A stretch of 64,000 nt of DNA from Eledone cirrhosa (taxonomy: Eukaryota): NCBI GenBank assembly GCA_964016885.1, contig OZ024742.1, forward strand, positions 284,704,001-284,768,000, read 5' to 3'. The position numbers and the translations under genes were made by a program. The notes under the pieces were generated by a model. That model was not told where the DNA came from, searched no databases, and worked only from the letters and a program-made list of their open reading frames with translations. Position 1 is the stretch's first letter, and every line of letters starts with the position of its first letter. This document shows, in pieces, positions 61,901 through 64,000 of this stretch.

Positions 61901-64000
61901 AATACCACCACCACCATTACCACAAACACTACCACCACCATTACTACAAACACCACCACCGCCATTACTACAAATACCACCACCACCATTACCACAAACA
62001 CTACCACCACCATTACTACAAACACCACCACCTCCATTACTACAAATACCACCACCACCATTACCACAAACACTACCACCACCATTACTACAAACACCAC
62101 CACCGCCATTACTACAAATAACACCACCACCATTACCACAAACACCACCACCACCATTACTACAAACACCACCACCGCCATTACTACAAACACCACCACC
62201 ACCATTACTACAAACACCACCACCACCATTACCACAAACACCACCACCACCACCACCATTACTACAAACACCACCACCTCCATTACTACAAATACCACCA
62301 CCACCATTACCACAAACACTACCACCACCATTACTACAAACACCACCACCGCCATTACTACAAATAACACCACCACCATTACCACAAACACCACCACCAC
62401 CATTACTACAAACACCACCACCACCGCCATTGCTACAAACACCACCACCACCATTACTACAAACACCACCACCACCATTACTACAAACACCACCACCACC
62501 ATTACCACAAACACCACCACCACCACCACCATTACTACAAACACCACCACCACCATTACTACAAACACCACCACCTACATTACTAGAAACACCACCATTA
62601 CTACAAACACCACCACCACCATTGCAACAAACACCACCACCACCATTACTACAAAGAATACCACCACCATTACTACAAACACCACCACCACCATTACTAC
62701 AAAGAATACCACCACCATTACTACAAACACCACCACCACCATTACTACAAACACCACCACCACCATTACTACAAAGAATACCACCACCATTACTACAAAC
62801 ACCACCACCACCATTACTACAAACACCACCACCACCATTACTACAAAGAATACCACCACCATTACTACAAACACCACCACCACCATTACTACAAACACCA
62901 CCACCACCATTACTACAAAGAATACCACCACCATTACTACAAACACCACCACCACCACCATTACTACAAACACCACCACCACCATTACTACAAAGAATAC
63001 CACCACCATTACTACAAACACCAACACCACCATTACTACAAACACCACCACCACCATTACTACAAACACCACCACAACGATTACTACAAACACCACGACC
63101 ACCATTACCACAAACACCACCACAACCATTACTACAAACACTATCACAACCATTACTACAAACACCACCACCACCATTACTACAAACACCACCACCACCA
63201 TTACTACAAACACCACCACCACCATTACTACAAACACCACCACCACCATTACTACAAACACCACCACCACCATTACCGCAAACACCACCACATCCATTAC
63301 TACAAACACCACCACCACCATTACTACAAAGAATACCACCACCATTACTACAAACACCACCACCACCATTACTACAAAGAATACCACCACCATTACTACA
63401 AACACCACCACCTCCATTACTACAAACCCCACCACCACCATTACTACAAACACCACCACCACCATTACTACAAACACCACCACAACCATTACTACAAACA
63501 CCACCACCACCATTACCACAAACACCACCACAACCATTACTACAAACACCACCACCACCATTACTACAAACACCACCACCACCATTACTACAAACACCAC
63601 CACCGCCATTACCACAAACACCACCACCACCATTACTACAAACACAACCACATCCATTACTACAAACACCACCACCACCATTACTACAAACACCACCACC
63701 ACCATTACCACAAACACCACCACCACCATTACCACAAACACCACCACCACCATTACTACAAACACCACCACCACCATTACTACAAATACCACCACCACCA
63801 TTACCACAAACACTACCACCACCATTACTACAAACACCACCACCGCCATTACTACAAATACCACCACCACCATTACCACAAACACTACCACCACCATTAC
63901 TACAAACACCACCACCTCCATTACTACAAATAACACCACCACCATTACCACATACACCACCACCGCCATTACTACAAACACCACCACCGCCATTACTACA
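52905..64000. repeat. 24-bp tandem minisatellite, right arm, ~460 monomers, continues beyond the window end
   Basis: Same consensus as 16861-48547 but with different diagnostic variants (ACAAAGAATACC, CACCTACATTACT, CACATCCATT, CACAACCATT). Confidence 0.98.

Noticed and set aside
16861-64000. Telomeric repeat interpretation of the C-rich array
   Set aside because: No CCCTAA tandem repeats; the 24-bp variant-rich unit with higher-order duplications is not telomerase-like.

Overview
Eukaryotic, almost entirely repetitive window with no supportable host protein-coding gene; nearly all ORFs in the track are by-products of stop-free tandem repeats. Layout: (1) 1-12150, a 21-bp minisatellite (AATAGTCAACATATTTACTGC) with a ~6.1-6.4 kb higher-order duplication; (2) ~12150-14390, an AT-rich spacer of (TA)n/(CA)n/(TACA)n microsatellites and short repeat relics, containing a 39-bp perfect inverted repeat and an apparently intact minimal type I hammerhead ribozyme of the kind associated with Penelope-like elements (13580-13645); (3) ~14390-48547, degenerate (ACC/AAC)n grading into a 24-bp minisatellite (ACCACCACCACCATTACTACAAAC) with ~4 kb and ~12.4-12.8 kb higher-order structure; (4) 48548-52904, an apparently full-length but inactivated RTE-type LINE (APE + RT, a C4HC3 PHD-like finger inside the C-terminal part of the RT, a triplicated 112-bp 3' UTR block, a (GAT)7 tail); (5) 52905-64000, the same 24-bp array with a different set of variants. 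The microsatellite content and LINE/SINE 3' end resemble octopus/cephalopod DNA (recalled, not verified). All structures and offsets were read by eye or from the ORF track; nothing was computed.
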